Shown in pieces: positions 63,199 to 64,000 of a DNA stretch of 64,000 nt; within the stretch, counting starts at the first letter, position 1, and every line of letters begins with the position of its first letter. Source of the stretch: the human T2T-CHM13v2.0 reference genome, Homo sapiens. The DNA lies in the NCBI RefSeq assembly GCF_009914755.1, contig NC_060934.1. One strand, given 5' to 3'. The position numbers and the translations under genes were made by a program. A model generated the notes under the pieces. That model was not told the DNA's origin, ran no database searches, and saw only the letters and a list, made by a program, of their open reading frames with translations.

Positions 63199-64000
63199 AT
63201 TGGAGGAGCACTGGAGGGGACTTTATTGTTTAAGTGTTCTGACAGCCAGTAGCACTGAACAGGTGTGCACCAGGAGAGTGAAACTGTCTGAGGAACAGTA
63301 GGGCAGGCACTGTCTACTCGAAAACATACCCAAACCCCCAAGGCTCAGCCTTCGCTAGCAGCCACTCAGCAGAAATGAAAGCACAAATGTGTGTGGGTAG
63401 CAACAGGAGCATAGTTTGTGATGGGGAAAAAAATTGAAAACAGTCTGAAGGCAGAAGAGGATTGAGTGAGTGAGCCCTTCCATGTCCTCACCATAAAATG
63501 TTGAGGCGTCTTTGAAAGGAATGCTTTGGTTCCCTTCCAGCTGACCTGGAGGGGTCTCCACAATGAGTTAACAGTGGAAAAACAAGACACAAGGGACCGA
63601 TAAAGGATACATATCTGTCGTATACAAATAGCTCCTTCAAACTGCTAAGGCAATGGGCATGGTCTCACTTATGTAAAATGAATGCAAGGATGCAGCAGGC
63701 CTACTGTGCCAGCATGGGGACACAAGGACGCAGTGTCACCAGGTAGGAACACAGTGATGGCCCAGTGGGGGACAGGTGAGCAAAACAAAGAGACAGATGT
63801 TGATTATAATCATATTCAGTTGATGGAAAATTGGACAGATAAATGTGCACACATGCAAAGACCTATGAAAGGAGGCTCCCCAGAATTTGGTGGTTATCCC
63901 TGGGCGCTGGAAGATGAGATGATGTTTTCTTTCTCAGGCTCTCCTGTCATGACTCAGATTTCTTTTTACGATAAGCACATATTCTTTTCTAATCAGAAAC

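Overview
Human (primate) genomic DNA holding the 5' part of ALOX5 (arachidonate 5-lipoxygenase) on the + strand. It contains the TATA-less CpG-island promoter with the (GGGCGG)5 Sp1/Egr-1 array and coding exons 1-7 (981 nt, codons 1-327, all GT-AG junctions in phase). The window ends in intron 7; exons 8-14 lie outside it. The introns are rich in transposable elements: a full-length but dead L1PA4/5 that splits a MIR and is itself interrupted by a full-length SVA (intron 2), a 5'-truncated L1PA4/5 (intron 4), old L1M blocks, several ERV1 solo LTRs (MER4-, MER57- and MER41B-like) and many Alus. Two further CpG islands lie inside the gene. No second gene or wholly new system is supported. The best leads are: (1) the two L1PA copies 20 kb apart share an ORF2 frameshift and about 7 other non-consensus changes, suggesting local copying or gene conversion, and they form an NAHR substrate around exons 3-4; (2) a ~125-nt L2-derived hairpin in intron 4; (3) a MER41B LTR retaining one STAT GAS site near exon 4; (4) DR3 (VDRE-like) elements, two of them inside old TEs; (5) a 113-bp non-TE duplication at the intron-4 CpG island; (6) a strong sense-orientation bias of L1/SVA. 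Repeat subfamily calls and consensus comparisons are from memory and need Dfam/RepeatMasker confirmation.
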